Of a stretch of DNA of 64,000 nucleotides, positions 21,013 to 32,117 are shown one piece after another. The number at the start of each line of letters is the position of its first letter. The first letter of the stretch is position 1. The stretch comes from an uncultured Gemmatimonadales bacterium (GTDB lineage Bacteria; Gemmatimonadota; Gemmatimonadetes; Gemmatimonadales; GWC2-71-9): positions 512,001-576,000 of the forward strand of contig CAWGED010000019.1 of assembly GCA_963821525.1 (NCBI GenBank). Reading direction: 5' to 3'. Made by a program: the position numbers and the translations under genes. Below the pieces are notes generated by a model. The model saw nothing but the letters and a program-made list of their open reading frames with translations, made no database searches and was not told the DNA's origin.

Positions 21013-21861
21013 ATGCGAGACGGCTACGAGCGAATCCTGGTCCTGGTGATTGACGGCCTGCGTCCCGATGCGATTACCCGGGTGCACATGCCCAACCTTA
21101 CGGCCTTTTCCGAGCGGGCCTGGCAGCCGCCGGTGGCGAGTACGGTACGTCCCAGCATCACGGTCGCCGCGCTGAGCTCGCTCGGCACCGGGGTGAGCCC
21201 GGAGACTCACGGCCTGGTGGACCCGAGCCTCGATTCGCTCGCGCGGTTGCGCCAGCTGAGGCCCCTTCCCGCCGAGCTCGCCAGGCTCGGTATTCGCACC
21301 TCGGTTGTCGCGGGAGAGCTCCTGCCCAGCACCCGCTTCCTGGTTGGCGGGCTGCTCAAGCTCGGCGGAGTGGAGCGCCTGATCGCGAGCGGGACTCAGC
21401 CGCGTCGCGTGGCGGAGGCGATGGCGGAAGAGCTGCGCGCCTCTCGAGGGAGACGGTTCGTGCTGGGTTACGTGCGGGATACCGATGTGGCGGGACACGC
21501 CTGGGGCTGGATGAGCGAGGCATACCTCACCGCAGCTCGCGCGGTAGATCGCGGGCTTGGCATCCTGAACGAGCTGGCGGAGGAGCCCGGTACCCTGGTG
21601 ATCGTTACCGCGGACCACGGCGGTGGTGGCGTCCTGCCCAGCGACCACGATCATCCCCACCCGATCAACGACACCATCCCGCTCCTGGTCGGGGGACTGG
21701 GGGTCCGGACCGGGGCGGCCTCGTCGGGCGGCGCCAGCCTGCTCGATGTCCCGCCCACGGTGTTGTCAGCATTCGGAGGAAACCCGCCAGCTCAATGGCA
21801 GGGCCGCGTACTCAGCGAAGCATTCGAAAAGGAGCCTGCATGGATCCAAGCGTCAGCCTGA
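21013..21861 (+). CDS. Alkaline phosphatase superfamily (NPP/phosphodiesterase-like) enzyme, no signal peptide
   Basis: VIDGLRPD, PSIT (Thr nucleophile), DTDVAGH and TADHG; GAGGAGG upstream. Confidence 0.85.
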   Translation: MRDGYERILVLVIDGLRPDAITRVHMPNLTAFSERAWQPPVASTVRPSITVAALSSLGTGVSPETHGLVDPSLDSLARLRQLRPLPAELARLGIRTSVVAGELLPSTRFLVGGLLKLGGVERLIASGTQPRRVAEAMAEELRASRGRRFVLGYVRDTDVAGHAWGWMSEAYLTAARAVDRGLGILNELAEEPGTLVIVTADHGGGGVLPSDHDHPHPINDTIPLLVGGLGVRTGAASSGGASLLDVPPTVLSAFGGNPPAQWQGRVLSEAFEKEPAWIQASA

Positions 21862-22032
21862 ACCCGAATCTCCAGATCCGGGGCCAAGTGCCAAACCCAC
21901 CGGTCCAGCCGGCGAGTACCTGCAGCTCCATCCCGTCCCGCCCCGGGCGGAGAAGACGAGTTGTTCCGCGACCCTTTCGCCGACTTCGCCCCGAGCAGCC
22001 GCTGAGGCGATTTCGGCGCTCTCTGAGGCGTC

Positions 22033-22050
22033 GTTACTTACCCGTTACGC
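22033..22050 (+). promoter_or_regulatory. PHO-box-like direct repeat upstream of the porin-pstS unit
   Basis: GTTACTT-ACCC-GTTACGC, half-sites 11 nt apart, same GTTAC core as upstream of pstC. Confidence 0.55.
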
Positions 22051-22157
22051 CAACACACATAAATCTTGACCGGAATGGCGCTCCATTCCCGCCGTTAGAT
22101 TCTTCCCTTCGGCGCGCGCGCCGAGCACCGTCCGGCCTTAGACGAAGAGGAGCGCCT

Positions 22158-23357
22158 GTGTCGCTTTCCCGTCGGAGTATCCATCTGGCGGTTATGGCCC
22201 TGAGCATTACCGCGGCCAACGCCGTCGCTCAGGTCACCTACCCGAATGTGCGAGTGCAGGGTCGTCTGCAAACCCAGTACTACTACTTCGACAATTCAGA
22301 CTATGCCGCGGCCGTGGGGCCGAAGGACAACTTCTTCCTCCGGCGGGCCCGTATCGAGGCGCGGGCCAACATCAACGAATACATCAGCGTGTTCATCCAG
22401 CCGTCCTTCGAGGGCGGCCGGACCACGACGTCCACGACGGCGTGCCAGCCCGTGATCGTTGATGCTCTGCCGGACACTGTCGCGGTGAACTGTACCACGA
22501 CCTCGCGCGGCGGTATCCGATTGCGGGATGCGTTTATCGATGTCAAGTTCACCAAGCCGGAAGCCAAGAGCACCTTCATGCTGCGGATGGGCCAGGAGAA
22601 GCGGCCGTTCGGTCGTTACGAGCTGACCTCCTCCAACAACCTGCCCTCGATCGAACGCGGCGCTGGTCAGGGTCTCGTGGGTTCGGCGTCGAACGATCTG
22701 TTTTCGGCGCAGGGCTTCATGTCGCATGACGTGGGCGCCCACCTGCAGTTCGACTACAAGCTGAGCGACCTGCGGATCCTTTCGCTCATCGCCGGCGTTT
22801 ACAACGGCCGGGGCGAGAGCGTGAACGACAATAACAACGCCAAGTCCTTCGGCTTCCGGGGCACGATTGGCATCACCGACAAGCTCAACGTCGGTGGCTC
22901 GTACTTCTCACACGACAACATCGTAACACCGACCGGCGCCGCCGTTCCGGATTCCAACTACAGGAATGATGCCTTCGGCATCGACGGTCAGTGGGGCAAG
23001 CCCGGGGATCCGGGCCTCTACCTGGTTGCCGACTACATGGCGGGGCACGACGGCAGCGGGGTGCTGGTGAGCGGCGACAAGAAGAAGATCCTCGGCATCT
23101 CAGCGGTCGGCTCCTACAATATCAGGATCAAGAGCCCGACTTCATGGCTCTACGCCATCGAGCCGTCCGTCCGCTACGACTTCTCGGATCCCGATACCGA
23201 CCTGGACGACAACGGCACGACGCTGGTCACCGCGGTGCTGGGATTCTACATGTCGAGCCGGGCGCAGTTCCGCATCGGATATGAGAACGAGAGCTTCCAG
23301 GCTCCGGGCGCCGCCAGCATCAGCGGCATTCGGACTGCGCTCACGATGAATTTCTAA
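22158..23357 (+). CDS. Phosphate-selective porin-like (OprO/OprP-type) outer membrane protein
   Basis: GAGGAG + GTG start; signal peptide; FFLRRARI, LRDAFID and GQEKRPFGRYELTSS; C-terminal Phe; directly upstream of pstS. Confidence 0.8.
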   Translation: MSLSRRSIHLAVMALSITAANAVAQVTYPNVRVQGRLQTQYYYFDNSDYAAAVGPKDNFFLRRARIEARANINEYISVFIQPSFEGGRTTTSTTACQPVIVDALPDTVAVNCTTTSRGGIRLRDAFIDVKFTKPEAKSTFMLRMGQEKRPFGRYELTSSNNLPSIERGAGQGLVGSASNDLFSAQGFMSHDVGAHLQFDYKLSDLRILSLIAGVYNGRGESVNDNNNAKSFGFRGTIGITDKLNVGGSYFSHDNIVTPTGAAVPDSNYRNDAFGIDGQWGKPGDPGLYLVADYMAGHDGSGVLVSGDKKKILGISAVGSYNIRIKSPTSWLYAIEPSVRYDFSDPDTDLDDNGTTLVTAVLGFYMSSRAQFRIGYENESFQAPGAASISGIRTALTMNF

Positions 23358-23389
23358 AGGCGTTCACACGCAATCCCGAGGAGAGCATC

Positions 23390-24448
23390 ATGGCGGTTCG
23401 TGCATTGATCGGCCGGTGGACTCTGGCGGCGGGGATGGCTCTCGTTGTCACCGCACCGCTGTCGGCCCAGCAGAAGCTGACGGGGGCGGGTGCCACGTTC
23501 CCCAATCCGATCTACAGCAAATGGTTTGATGCCTACAACAAGAAGACCGGCATCCAGATCAATTACCAGTCGGTCGGTTCCGGCGCCGGCATCCGGCAGT
23601 TCACCGAGGGGACCGTGGACTTCGGCGCCTCCGACGGGCCAATGAGCGAATCCCAGATTCAGGCGGTCAACGGGAACGTGGTCCACATCCCCACAGTGCT
23701 CGGTGCCGTGGTGGTGACGTACAATCTGCCGAGCCTCGGCGATACCAAGCTGAAGCTGGACGGCAACGCCATCGTCGACATCTTCATGGGGCGGATTACC
23801 AAGTGGAACGACAAGCGGCTCGCCGCGCTGAACCCCGGCGTGAACCTGCCGGATGCCGATGTGATCGTGGTGCACCGTTCGGATGGTTCCGGCACCAGCT
23901 ACATCTTCACCGACTTCCTGACCAAGTACTCCCGCGAGTGGAAGGACAAGGTCGGGTATGCCACGTCGGTGAACTGGCCGACCGGGCTCGGCGGCAAGGG
24001 CAATGAGGGTGTGACCCAGCAGGTGAAGCAGGTCGAAGGCGCGGTTGGGTATGTCGAACTGATCTACGCTATCTCGAACAAGCTCCCGTATGCGTTGATA
24101 AAAAACCCGGCGGGAGAGTTCGTGGAGCCATCCCTCGAGTCCACGACTGCCGCGGCGGGAAGCGCTAAGTTGGCCAAGGACACGGATTTTCGGGTGTCGA
24201 TCACTAACGCGCCCGGCAAGACCGCCTACCCGATTGCTTCCTTCACCTGGCTCCTGGTCCAGAAGGACAACAAGGACGCCACGAAGGGCAAGGCAATCCG
24301 GGACTTCCTGACCTGGATGATTACCGACGAAGCGCAGAACATGGCGCAGGAGCTGGAATACGCCCCGCTCCCGGCGGAAGTCCGCGGGCTCATCGGCGAG
24401 CGACTCAAGACGCTCAAAGCGGGCGGGAAGGTGATCGCACTTCAATAA
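23390..24448 (+). CDS. pstS: Phosphate ABC transporter substrate-binding protein
   Basis: GAGATFP, GSGAG, DFGASD, RSDGSGTS and GKGNEGV. Confidence 0.98.
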   Translation: MAVRALIGRWTLAAGMALVVTAPLSAQQKLTGAGATFPNPIYSKWFDAYNKKTGIQINYQSVGSGAGIRQFTEGTVDFGASDGPMSESQIQAVNGNVVHIPTVLGAVVVTYNLPSLGDTKLKLDGNAIVDIFMGRITKWNDKRLAALNPGVNLPDADVIVVHRSDGSGTSYIFTDFLTKYSREWKDKVGYATSVNWPTGLGGKGNEGVTQQVKQVEGAVGYVELIYAISNKLPYALIKNPAGEFVEPSLESTTAAAGSAKLAKDTDFRVSITNAPGKTAYPIASFTWLLVQKDNKDATKGKAIRDFLTWMITDEAQNMAQELEYAPLPAEVRGLIGERLKTLKAGGKVIALQ

Positions 24449-24811
24449 GTACCGAGTACCTGGTGCCGAGTACCGAGGGCGATAACCTCTGGTGGTCGGT
24501 GCTCGAAGGTGCAGGCGCGGGACAAGGCCAGAACCGCTTATCGGGACACAATCACTCGGTACTCGGTACCCGGTACCCGGTACTGGCTGACTAGAAGGGG
24601 GGCGGTGGGCAGAATTCATCGGCTGCCCACCGTTTCTTTTTACTACAGTACCTAGTAACGAGTACCTAGTAACGAGTACCGAGTACCTAGAAAACAGTAC
24701 TTGAGTACCTGGTACCTGAGTACCTAGCACCGAGTGACGCACCTCAGATTGGTTGGACCCGAAATCAACGAAGCCTTGGCGAGCGAGCTAGGTACTCGTT
24801 ACTCGGTACTG
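24448..24811. repeat. Four tracts of 7-nt-period GTAC repeats in alternating orientation in the pstS-pstC spacer
   Basis: AGTACCG-type tracts at 24448-24477 and 24647-24735; inverted CTCGGTA-type tracts at 24555-24585 and 24788-24811. Confidence 0.85.
24603..24641 (+). terminator. Rho-independent terminator after pstS
   Basis: CGGTGGGCAG-N10-CTGCCCACCG followed by TTTCTTTTT. Confidence 0.8.
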
Positions 24812-24820
24812 ATTTTTGTA

Positions 24821-24849
24821 GTTACACATCCGTTACACATTCGTGACCG
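24821..24849 (+). promoter_or_regulatory. PHO box upstream of pstC
   Basis: GTTACAC-ATCC-GTTACAC-ATTC-GTGACCG, half-sites at 24821, 24832 and 24843 (11-nt period). Confidence 0.75.
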
Positions 24850-24882
24850 TCAGGGAGTCGAGTCACTCTACGTTCTCCCCCA

Positions 24883-25878
24883 ATGACCACCCCTGTGTCC
24901 CCCATCGTAGATGCGATCGGACCGGCCGCGCCGTCTCGGACCCTTACGGGCACTTCGAACGCGGCAGATCGGCTCTTCCGGGTGGTGCTTACGCTGGCGG
25001 CTCTGGCCATCCCGGTCCTGCTCGGCTTCCTGGTTTACGAGCTGTACATGGGCTCCCGGCTGGCGATGGGCCAGTTTGGCTTCAACTTCATCACCGACTC
25101 GATCTGGGACCCGGTCGCCGAGAAGTTTGGAGCCTTCCCGCTCATCTTCGGGACCCTGCTTTCCTCGTTTCTGGCCCTGCTCATCGCCGTACCGCTGTCG
25201 CTCGGGGTCGCGGTCTACATCACCGAGTTTGCACCCAAGTTCCTGCGGCAGCCGGTGGCGTTCGTGATCGAGCTGCTGGCCGCGATTCCCAGCGTGGTCT
25301 ACGGCCTCTGGGGGATCTTCGTCCTGATCCCCTTCCTTAAGAAGTTCATCTTCCCAGCCCTGCGCGCCGTGTTCGGTTTCCTGCCGTTCTTCCAGGGACC
25401 GATCTACGGACCCTCGATGCTCGCCGCGAGCATCATCCTCGCGATCATGATCATGCCGTTCATCATGTCGGTCGCGCGGGAGGTGCTGCTCGCGGTTCCC
25501 GACAGCCAGCGGGAAGCCTCGCTCGCGCTGGGCGCGACCCGCTGGGAAGCGGTGATCTCGGCGATCATCCCCTATGCCCGCTCCGGCATCTTCGGCGCGA
25601 TCATCCTCGGCCTGGGCCGGGCGCTGGGGGAGACCATGGCGGTCACGATGCTGATCGGAAACCGGCATGAGATCGCGGCGTCGCTCTTCGCGCCAGGCTA
25701 TACCATGGCGGCGGTGATCGCCAATGAGTTCTCCGAAGCCGCCACCGACATGCACTTCTCGGCCCTCACCTACGTGGCGTTCGTGCTGTTCGCGCTAACC
25801 ATCCTCGTGAATGCGGCGGCGCGGCTCCTCATCTGGCGGGTGGCGCGGGGCGCCGCCATCGGGAGCAAGGCACTATGA
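24883..25878 (+). CDS. pstC: Phosphate ABC transporter permease PstC
   Basis: LAAIPSVVYGLWG, REASLALGATRWE and GRALGETMAV. Confidence 0.98.
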   Translation: MTTPVSPIVDAIGPAAPSRTLTGTSNAADRLFRVVLTLAALAIPVLLGFLVYELYMGSRLAMGQFGFNFITDSIWDPVAEKFGAFPLIFGTLLSSFLALLIAVPLSLGVAVYITEFAPKFLRQPVAFVIELLAAIPSVVYGLWGIFVLIPFLKKFIFPALRAVFGFLPFFQGPIYGPSMLAASIILAIMIMPFIMSVAREVLLAVPDSQREASLALGATRWEAVISAIIPYARSGIFGAIILGLGRALGETMAVTMLIGNRHEIAASLFAPGYTMAAVIANEFSEAATDMHFSALTYVAFVLFALTILVNAAARLLIWRVARGAAIGSKAL

Positions 25879-26706
25879 ACCGGCGGGTGCTACGGCGCTG
25901 GATCAGCAACTTCATGGTCGGGCTCATGATCGTTGCCGTGATCCTGGCCGTCCTGCCGCTCTTGTTCATTCTGATCAACCTCGTGCTCAAGGGCGCCAGC
26001 AGCCTCTCGCTCGACTTCTTCACCAAGCTACCGGTCCCGGCGGGAGAGACCGGAGGCGGTGTGGCACACGCCATCGTCGGGACGCTGCTCATCGTTGGAT
26101 TGGGGAGCCTCTTCGGCGTACCGCTCGGCATCGGAGCCGGCATCTACTGTGCCGAGTATCCGGGCAGCAGGCTCACCAAGGTGACGCGATTCGTCGCCGA
26201 CGTGATGAACGGGACGCCGTCAATCGTGGTTGGCGTCTTCGCGTGGACCTGGATCGTGGCGCGGCAGAAGCACTTCTCGGGGGTCGCAGGAAGCGCCGCG
26301 CTGGCAATGCTGATGATTCCGATGGTGATGCGCACGACCGAGGAGCTGATCAAGCTGGTGCCCCATTCCCTTCGAGAGGCGGGGCTGGCGCTTGGGTACC
26401 CCCGCTGGCGCACCAGCCTGAGCATTGTCCTGCGCACCGCTCTCCCGGGCATCGTGACCGGCAGTCTGCTGGCCGTGGCCCGCGTCGCGGGTGAGACGGC
26501 CCCGCTCCTGTTCACGGCGCTGGGCAGCCAGTACATGAACTTCAATGTCAACGAGCCGATGGCCGCGTTGCCGCTCGTGGTCTTCCAATACGCGACGGGC
26601 CCTTATGAAGAGTGGCACCAGCTGGCCTGGGCCTCGGCGCTGGTTCTGATCCTGGTGGTCTTCGTGCTGAGTTTGGGTGCGCGCATCGCCACGCGGAGGA
26701 GGTTCC

Positions 26707-26714
<8 letters not shown>
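25875..26714 (+). CDS. pstA: Phosphate ABC transporter permease PstA
   Basis: [17 protein letters not shown] and [11 protein letters not shown]. Confidence 0.98.
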
Positions 26715-27470
<756 letters not shown>

Positions 27471-27474
<4 letters not shown>

Positions 27475-28331
27475 CCGCCATGTCCACTAATCCCGCAGTG
27501 CCTTCCTCCGCCCCGGCACCGCTGCTCAAGACCACACTGACCCCGCGCTCCGGACCGCGGCCCTCGATCGAGGCCGGCAATCCGGCGATCGAGGCCCGCG
27601 ACTTCAAGTTTTCCTATGGCGCGGGGCCGGTGCTCAAAGGAATCACCTTCACGATTCCGCGGCGCGCGGTCACCGCCATCATCGGACCGTCCGGATGTGG
27701 CAAGTCCACCTTCCTCCGCTCCATCAACCGGATGCACGACCTGCTCCCGGGAGCGAAGTACGGCGGGGACATTCTGCTCGAAGGGAAGTCCATCTTCGGT
27801 GCGGGGACCGACCTGGTCTCCCTCCGGCTTCGGGTGGGCATGGTGTTCCAGCGCCCCAATCCGTTCCCCAAGACGATCTACGACAACGTGGCCTATGGCC
27901 CTGGGCTGAATCGCCTGGTGCCGCAGCGGGACTTGCCGGACCTGGTCGAGCGTTGCCTGAGGCAGGCGGCGCTGTGGGACGAGGTAAAGGACCGGCTGGA
28001 CGAGCCGGGCACCGGGCTCTCGGGCGGCCAGCAGCAACGGTTGTGCATCGCGCGTGCGCTCGGGAACCAGCCGGAGGTACTGCTGATGGACGAGCCCTGT
28101 TCGGCGCTGGATCCGATCGCCACGCAGAAAGTCGAGGAGCTGATCGTCGAGCTCAAGCAGTCCTACACGATCGTGATCGTGACCCACAACATGCAGCAGG
28201 CGGCACGGGTGTCGGACCTGACGGGCTTCTTCGATAGAGGGGAATTGATCGAAGTGGGAGAGACCGAACGGATCTTCACCGCTCCTGCCAGTGAACGCAC
28301 TGAAGCATACATTACCGGGAGATTCGGATGA
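27471..28331 (+). CDS. pstB: Phosphate ABC transporter ATP-binding protein (copy 2)
   Basis: Same motifs; [10 protein letters not shown] and YITGRFG. Confidence 0.97.
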
Positions 28332-29044
28332 GCTCCGAGATGCATCGCCATTTCCACGACGAGCTGAACGACGTGAAGGTACGCCTGCTCACCATGTCGG
28401 GAGAGGCAGAAGCGGCCCTTGGCCTGGCGGTGGACGCGCTGCTCGAGCGCAGCGCCTCGAAGGCCCACAGCGTCATCAGCAGCGACCGGGCCATCGACAA
28501 CATGGAGATGGAGATCGAGGAGGCGTGCGTCAACCTCCTCGCGCTGCAGCAGCCGATGGCGCGCGATCTCCGGATGCTGACCTCGGCGCTCAAGATCGCC
28601 AACGACCTGGAGCGGGTGGGGGACCACGCGGTCAACATCGCCCAGTCGGCGGAACGGTTGAGCCACGCCCGCCCGATCGCGCCGGAGCCGGAGATCATCG
28701 AGATGGCCCGGCTGGCGCGGGATATGCTTTCGGATTCTCTTGAAGCGTTCATCAGGGGAGATGCCGTGTCGGCGCGGGAGGTCTGTCTGCGGGACGACAA
28801 AGTGGATAATCTCCACCGGTCGGTCTTCCGCATCCTGCTCACCCATATGATGGAAGACCCGCACATGATCGGCGCGGGGATGGAGTTGTTCCTGGTGAGC
28901 CGTAACCTCGAGCGGGTAGCCGACCTCGCGACCAACGTGGCCGAGGATGTAGTCTTCCTGGTGGAAGGCAAGTCAATCAAACACCACGCCGAGGACCGGG
29001 GCGAAGCCCGGAACTCCGGCGCTACTCCGACACCGATCGCATGA
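28328..29044 (+). CDS. phoU: Phosphate signalling protein PhoU
   Basis: [22 protein letters not shown] and [14 protein letters not shown]. Confidence 0.98.
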   Translation: MSSEMHRHFHDELNDVKVRLLTMSGEAEAALGLAVDALLERSASKAHSVISSDRAIDNMEMEIEEACVNLLALQQPMARDLRMLTSALKIANDLERVGDHAVNIAQSAERLSHARPIAPEPEIIEMARLARDMLSDSLEAFIRGDAVSAREVCLRDDKVDNLHRSVFRILLTHMMEDPHMIGAGMELFLVSRNLERVADLATNVAEDVVFLVEGKSIKHHAEDRGEARNSGATPTPIA

Positions 29045-30624
29045 CATCTGTACCAGTACCCGAACCCCGTGAGCGCCTGGCCGCCGTCGATGTCGGATCC
29101 AATTCGATCCGGCTCCTGGTGGCGGAGTACGGCGCGCAATCGGGGCTTTCGGTCATTGCCGAGGTAAAGGAACAGCCGCGCCTCGCGACCGGCGTCGCGC
29201 GGACCAGGCGGCTGGACCCCGAAGCCATTGAACGGGCCATCGCGGCCCTCAAGCGGATGCGCGATGTCTGTGAGCGGCGCGGCGTGAGCCGGGTTGCGGC
29301 TGTGGCCACTGCCGCAGTCCGCGAAGCGATCAACGGGCAGGAATTCGTGACCCGGGCGAAGGAAGAGACCGGGTTCGACCTCCGGATCATCGACGCGGAG
29401 ACCGAAGCAGCCCTCTCCTACCGGTCGGTGGCCCATCACTTCCCGCTGGAAGGCGGCCGCACGGTCATCGCGGACATCGGAGGCGGCAGCCTCGAGCTGA
29501 TTGCCGCGGTAGACGGGCTGATCGAGCAGAGCCTTTCGGTTCCTTTCGGAGCGGTCCGCCTCACCGAGCTGCACATGGGCGAGGAGAAGGACACCCGGAA
29601 ATCGGTCTCGAAGCTGCGCGACTGGGTACGTCGCCAGCTCCGGCGCAAACTCCCGCTCCGCGACTGGAGTTCTCCCGTCCTGATCGGATCGGGTGGCTCC
29701 TTCACCAATCTTGGCCGGATGGCCGCAGCCCGGCGCGGTCTGTCCGCGGCCGACCCGGTGCACGGCACCGCGGTCAACACCGCAGAGGTCGAGCACCTCC
29801 TGGAGTGGCTCACCGCCATGACCCCCCAGCAGCGGGGCCAGGTCCCCGGACTCAACCCTCAGCGAGCGGACATCATCCTGGCCGGACTCGCGGTGACCGC
29901 CGAGCTGTTGCTCCGGATCGAGGCCCGGGAGGTAAAGGTGAGTGCGTTTGGTCTTCGGGAAGGCTTACTGCTCGAGATGGTGGGAGCCGAGGCGGCACCC
30001 GCCGCCGATGACCCGCTCCGCCTGATCCGGGAATTCGTAGAACGCTGCCATGGGGATCGTCGCCATGTCGAGCATGTCCGACTCCTGGCACTCTCGCTCT
30101 TCGATCAGCTGGGTGAGCGGATGGGGGTGACGGAGGAGGAGCGGTTCCTGCTCGAGGCGTCGGCCCTGCTGCACGACGTCGGCCAGCTGGTGAGTTATCG
30201 CAAGCACCACAAGCACAGCTTCCAGCTGATCATGCACGCCGAACGGCTGCCGCTGTCACCCCGTGAGCGGATGCTGGTGGCGCTCATCAGCCGCTATCAC
30301 CGCCGGCGCGGGCCACGCAAGAAGCACGAGCACCTGTCAGCGCTGGAGCCGGCCGATCGCGATATCGTGCGGCGGATGAGCGGGCTGCTTCGAGTGGCCG
30401 ACGGCCTGGACCGCGGTCATACCGCGATCGTGGAGACGGTGAGCGCCGAGATCTGTCCGACACTCATCACGATCAAGGCGGCCCCGCGTTACGCCGAGGC
30501 GGACTTGTCGCTCGAGTGCTGGGGTGGCAACCAGAAGGCCGACGTGCTGGCGAAGGTGATGGGCCGCGAGGTGGTCGTCGAGCCGGCCACGACCATGCCG
30601 ATGGGTCCGCGCGCGGTCGCCTAA
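29041..30624 (+). CDS. ppx: Ppx/GppA exopolyphosphatase with HD domain
   Basis: AVDVGSNSIRL, ATAAVREA.N, DIGGGSLE, GLREG and LLHDVG. Confidence 0.93.
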   Translation: MTSVPVPEPRERLAAVDVGSNSIRLLVAEYGAQSGLSVIAEVKEQPRLATGVARTRRLDPEAIERAIAALKRMRDVCERRGVSRVAAVATAAVREAINGQEFVTRAKEETGFDLRIIDAETEAALSYRSVAHHFPLEGGRTVIADIGGGSLELIAAVDGLIEQSLSVPFGAVRLTELHMGEEKDTRKSVSKLRDWVRRQLRRKLPLRDWSSPVLIGSGGSFTNLGRMAAARRGLSAADPVHGTAVNTAEVEHLLEWLTAMTPQQRGQVPGLNPQRADIILAGLAVTAELLLRIEAREVKVSAFGLREGLLLEMVGAEAAPAADDPLRLIREFVERCHGDRRHVEHVRLLALSLFDQLGERMGVTEEERFLLEASALLHDVGQLVSYRKHHKHSFQLIMHAERLPLSPRERMLVALISRYHRRRGPRKKHEHLSALEPADRDIVRRMSGLLRVADGLDRGHTAIVETVSAEICPTLITIKAAPRYAEADLSLECWGGNQKADVLAKVMGREVVVEPATTMPMGPRAVA

Positions 30625-30627
30625 CGA

Positions 30628-31398
30628 TCAAACCGAAATAGCTCCTGCCCTGGCCAGGAGCTCGGCGAGTGGTGGTGAGCCAGGTCCCACAAAGCCAGTC
30701 CAGCTTGCCGCGGCCGAGCTGCCGATCCGATCGGCGCCGGCCGCCAGCATTTGAAGGGCATCCTCCGCTTTCCGAATTCCGCCCGACGCCTTTACACCCA
30801 TCGCGGTCCCTACGACCTGTCGCATCGCCGCGACGGCGGCGACAGTCGCGCCGCCGGCAGAATGAAAGCCGGTCGAAGTCTTCACAAAGCGGGCGCCGCT
30901 TCGCAGTGCCACGCGGCAGGCGTGCTCCAGCTCGGAAGGCGAGAGGAGCGCGCTCTCCAGGATCGCCTTGACTGGCGTGCCGCCCGCGGCTTCCACGACT
31001 CGGCCCAGATCTTCCTCCACCGCCATCCAGTTTCCGGCGCGGGCCTCGCCAAGGGCAATCACCATGTCCAACTCGGCTGCCCCGTCTCCCACTGCCAGCT
31101 CGGCCTCGGCGGCCTTCGCGGTGGTGGACATGGCACCAAGAGGAAATCCGATCACCGAGGCCACCTTCACGCTCGCGCCACCGAGGCGGCGCACACATTC
31201 CCTGACCCAGGCACCGTTGACGCAGACAGCACCGAACCGAAGCTGTACGGCTTCATCGCAGAGGCGCGCGATGTTCTCTGCCGTGGCTTCGGGACGGAGC
31301 AGCGTGTGATCTACCAGGAGGCCCATCCCTTCCCCATCGGCGAGGCCGGCAAGCCAGGGGAAGCGGGCAGCGAAGAGGGATGGAACGGGATGCCTCAC
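30628..31398 (-). CDS. deoC: Deoxyribose-phosphate aldolase
   Basis: DHTLL, VIGFPLG, KAILE, FVKTSTGF and VKASGGIR; GTG overlaps the rhomboid stop (start uncertain). Confidence 0.95.
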   Translation of the reverse strand: MRHPVPSLFAARFPWLAGLADGEGMGLLVDHTLLRPEATAENIARLCDEAVQLRFGAVCVNGAWVRECVRRLGGASVKVASVIGFPLGAMSTTAKAAEAELAVGDGAAELDMVIALGEARAGNWMAVEEDLGRVVEAAGGTPVKAILESALLSPSELEHACRVALRSGARFVKTSTGFHSAGGATVAAVAAMRQVVGTAMGVKASGGIRKAEDALQMLAAGADRIGSSAAASWTGFVGPGSPPLAELLARAGAISV

Positions 31399-32117
31399 AC
31401 GAAGCGGGCGACGCGACGATGCTCTGCGAGGAGCTCCGGATTGCGGAAGATCGGAGTGAGGAGCAGTCCCGCGGCGAACCCGCCGACGTGAGCCCAGAAG
31501 GCGACACCACCGCCTTCCTGCGGCATGCTGCCTCCCAACAGCTGCAGCACAAACCAGTAGCCCAGCATGAAGAAGGCGGGGATGTCCATGAAGAACACGA
31601 AGACGAAGGTCCTGATCCGGGCGTGGGGATACAACAGGACGTAGGATCCCATCACTCCGCCGATAGCGCCGGACGCGCCGACCATTGGAACCGCTGACGA
31701 GGGTCCCGCGGCCACCTGCGTCGCGACCGCCGCGAGGCCGCAGAGCAAGTAGAAAATCACGAATCGTCCCCGGCCCATCGCGTCCTCGACGTTGTTCCCG
31801 AAGACCCAAAGGAACCACATGTTGCCGATCAGGTGGAGCCAACTCCCGTGCAGGAACATCGAGGTGAGGACGGCATACCAGGAGAAGCCCGGCGTGACGA
31901 CGCAGCTCATCCCCTGGCCCATCGGGATCTCGAAGCCGACTGGAAGCCGGTGCAGAAACTCCCCCGGAATGAGCCCTAACTCGCAAACCGATTGACTGAG
32001 CCGTGGCTCGGCGCCCATGCCCTGCACCAAGACCCAGGTCAGGACATTGAGCGCGATGATTCCGTAGGTCGCGTAGGGGGTTCGGAGGGTCGGATTCTCG
32101 TCGCGAATCGGGAACAT
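31395..32117 (-). CDS. Rhomboid intramembrane serine protease
   Basis: SMFLHGSWLHLIGNM, GASGA and AFWAHVGG. Confidence 0.95.
   Translation of the reverse strand: MFPIRDENPTLRTPYATYGIIALNVLTWVLVQGMGAEPRLSQSVCELGLIPGEFLHRLPVGFEIPMGQGMSCVVTPGFSWYAVLTSMFLHGSWLHLIGNMWFLWVFGNNVEDAMGRGRFVIFYLLCGLAAVATQVAAGPSSAVPMVGASGAIGGVMGSYVLLYPHARIRTFVFVFFMDIPAFFMLGYWFVLQLLGGSMPQEGGGVAFWAHVGGFAAGLLLTPIFRNPELLAEHRRVARFV

Noticed and set aside
23354..24742. Long antisense ORFs (also 6452-7630, 28312-29796, 38753-40198, 42518-44392)
   Set aside because: Shadow ORFs opposite well-supported genes in high-GC DNA, with no recognisable motifs
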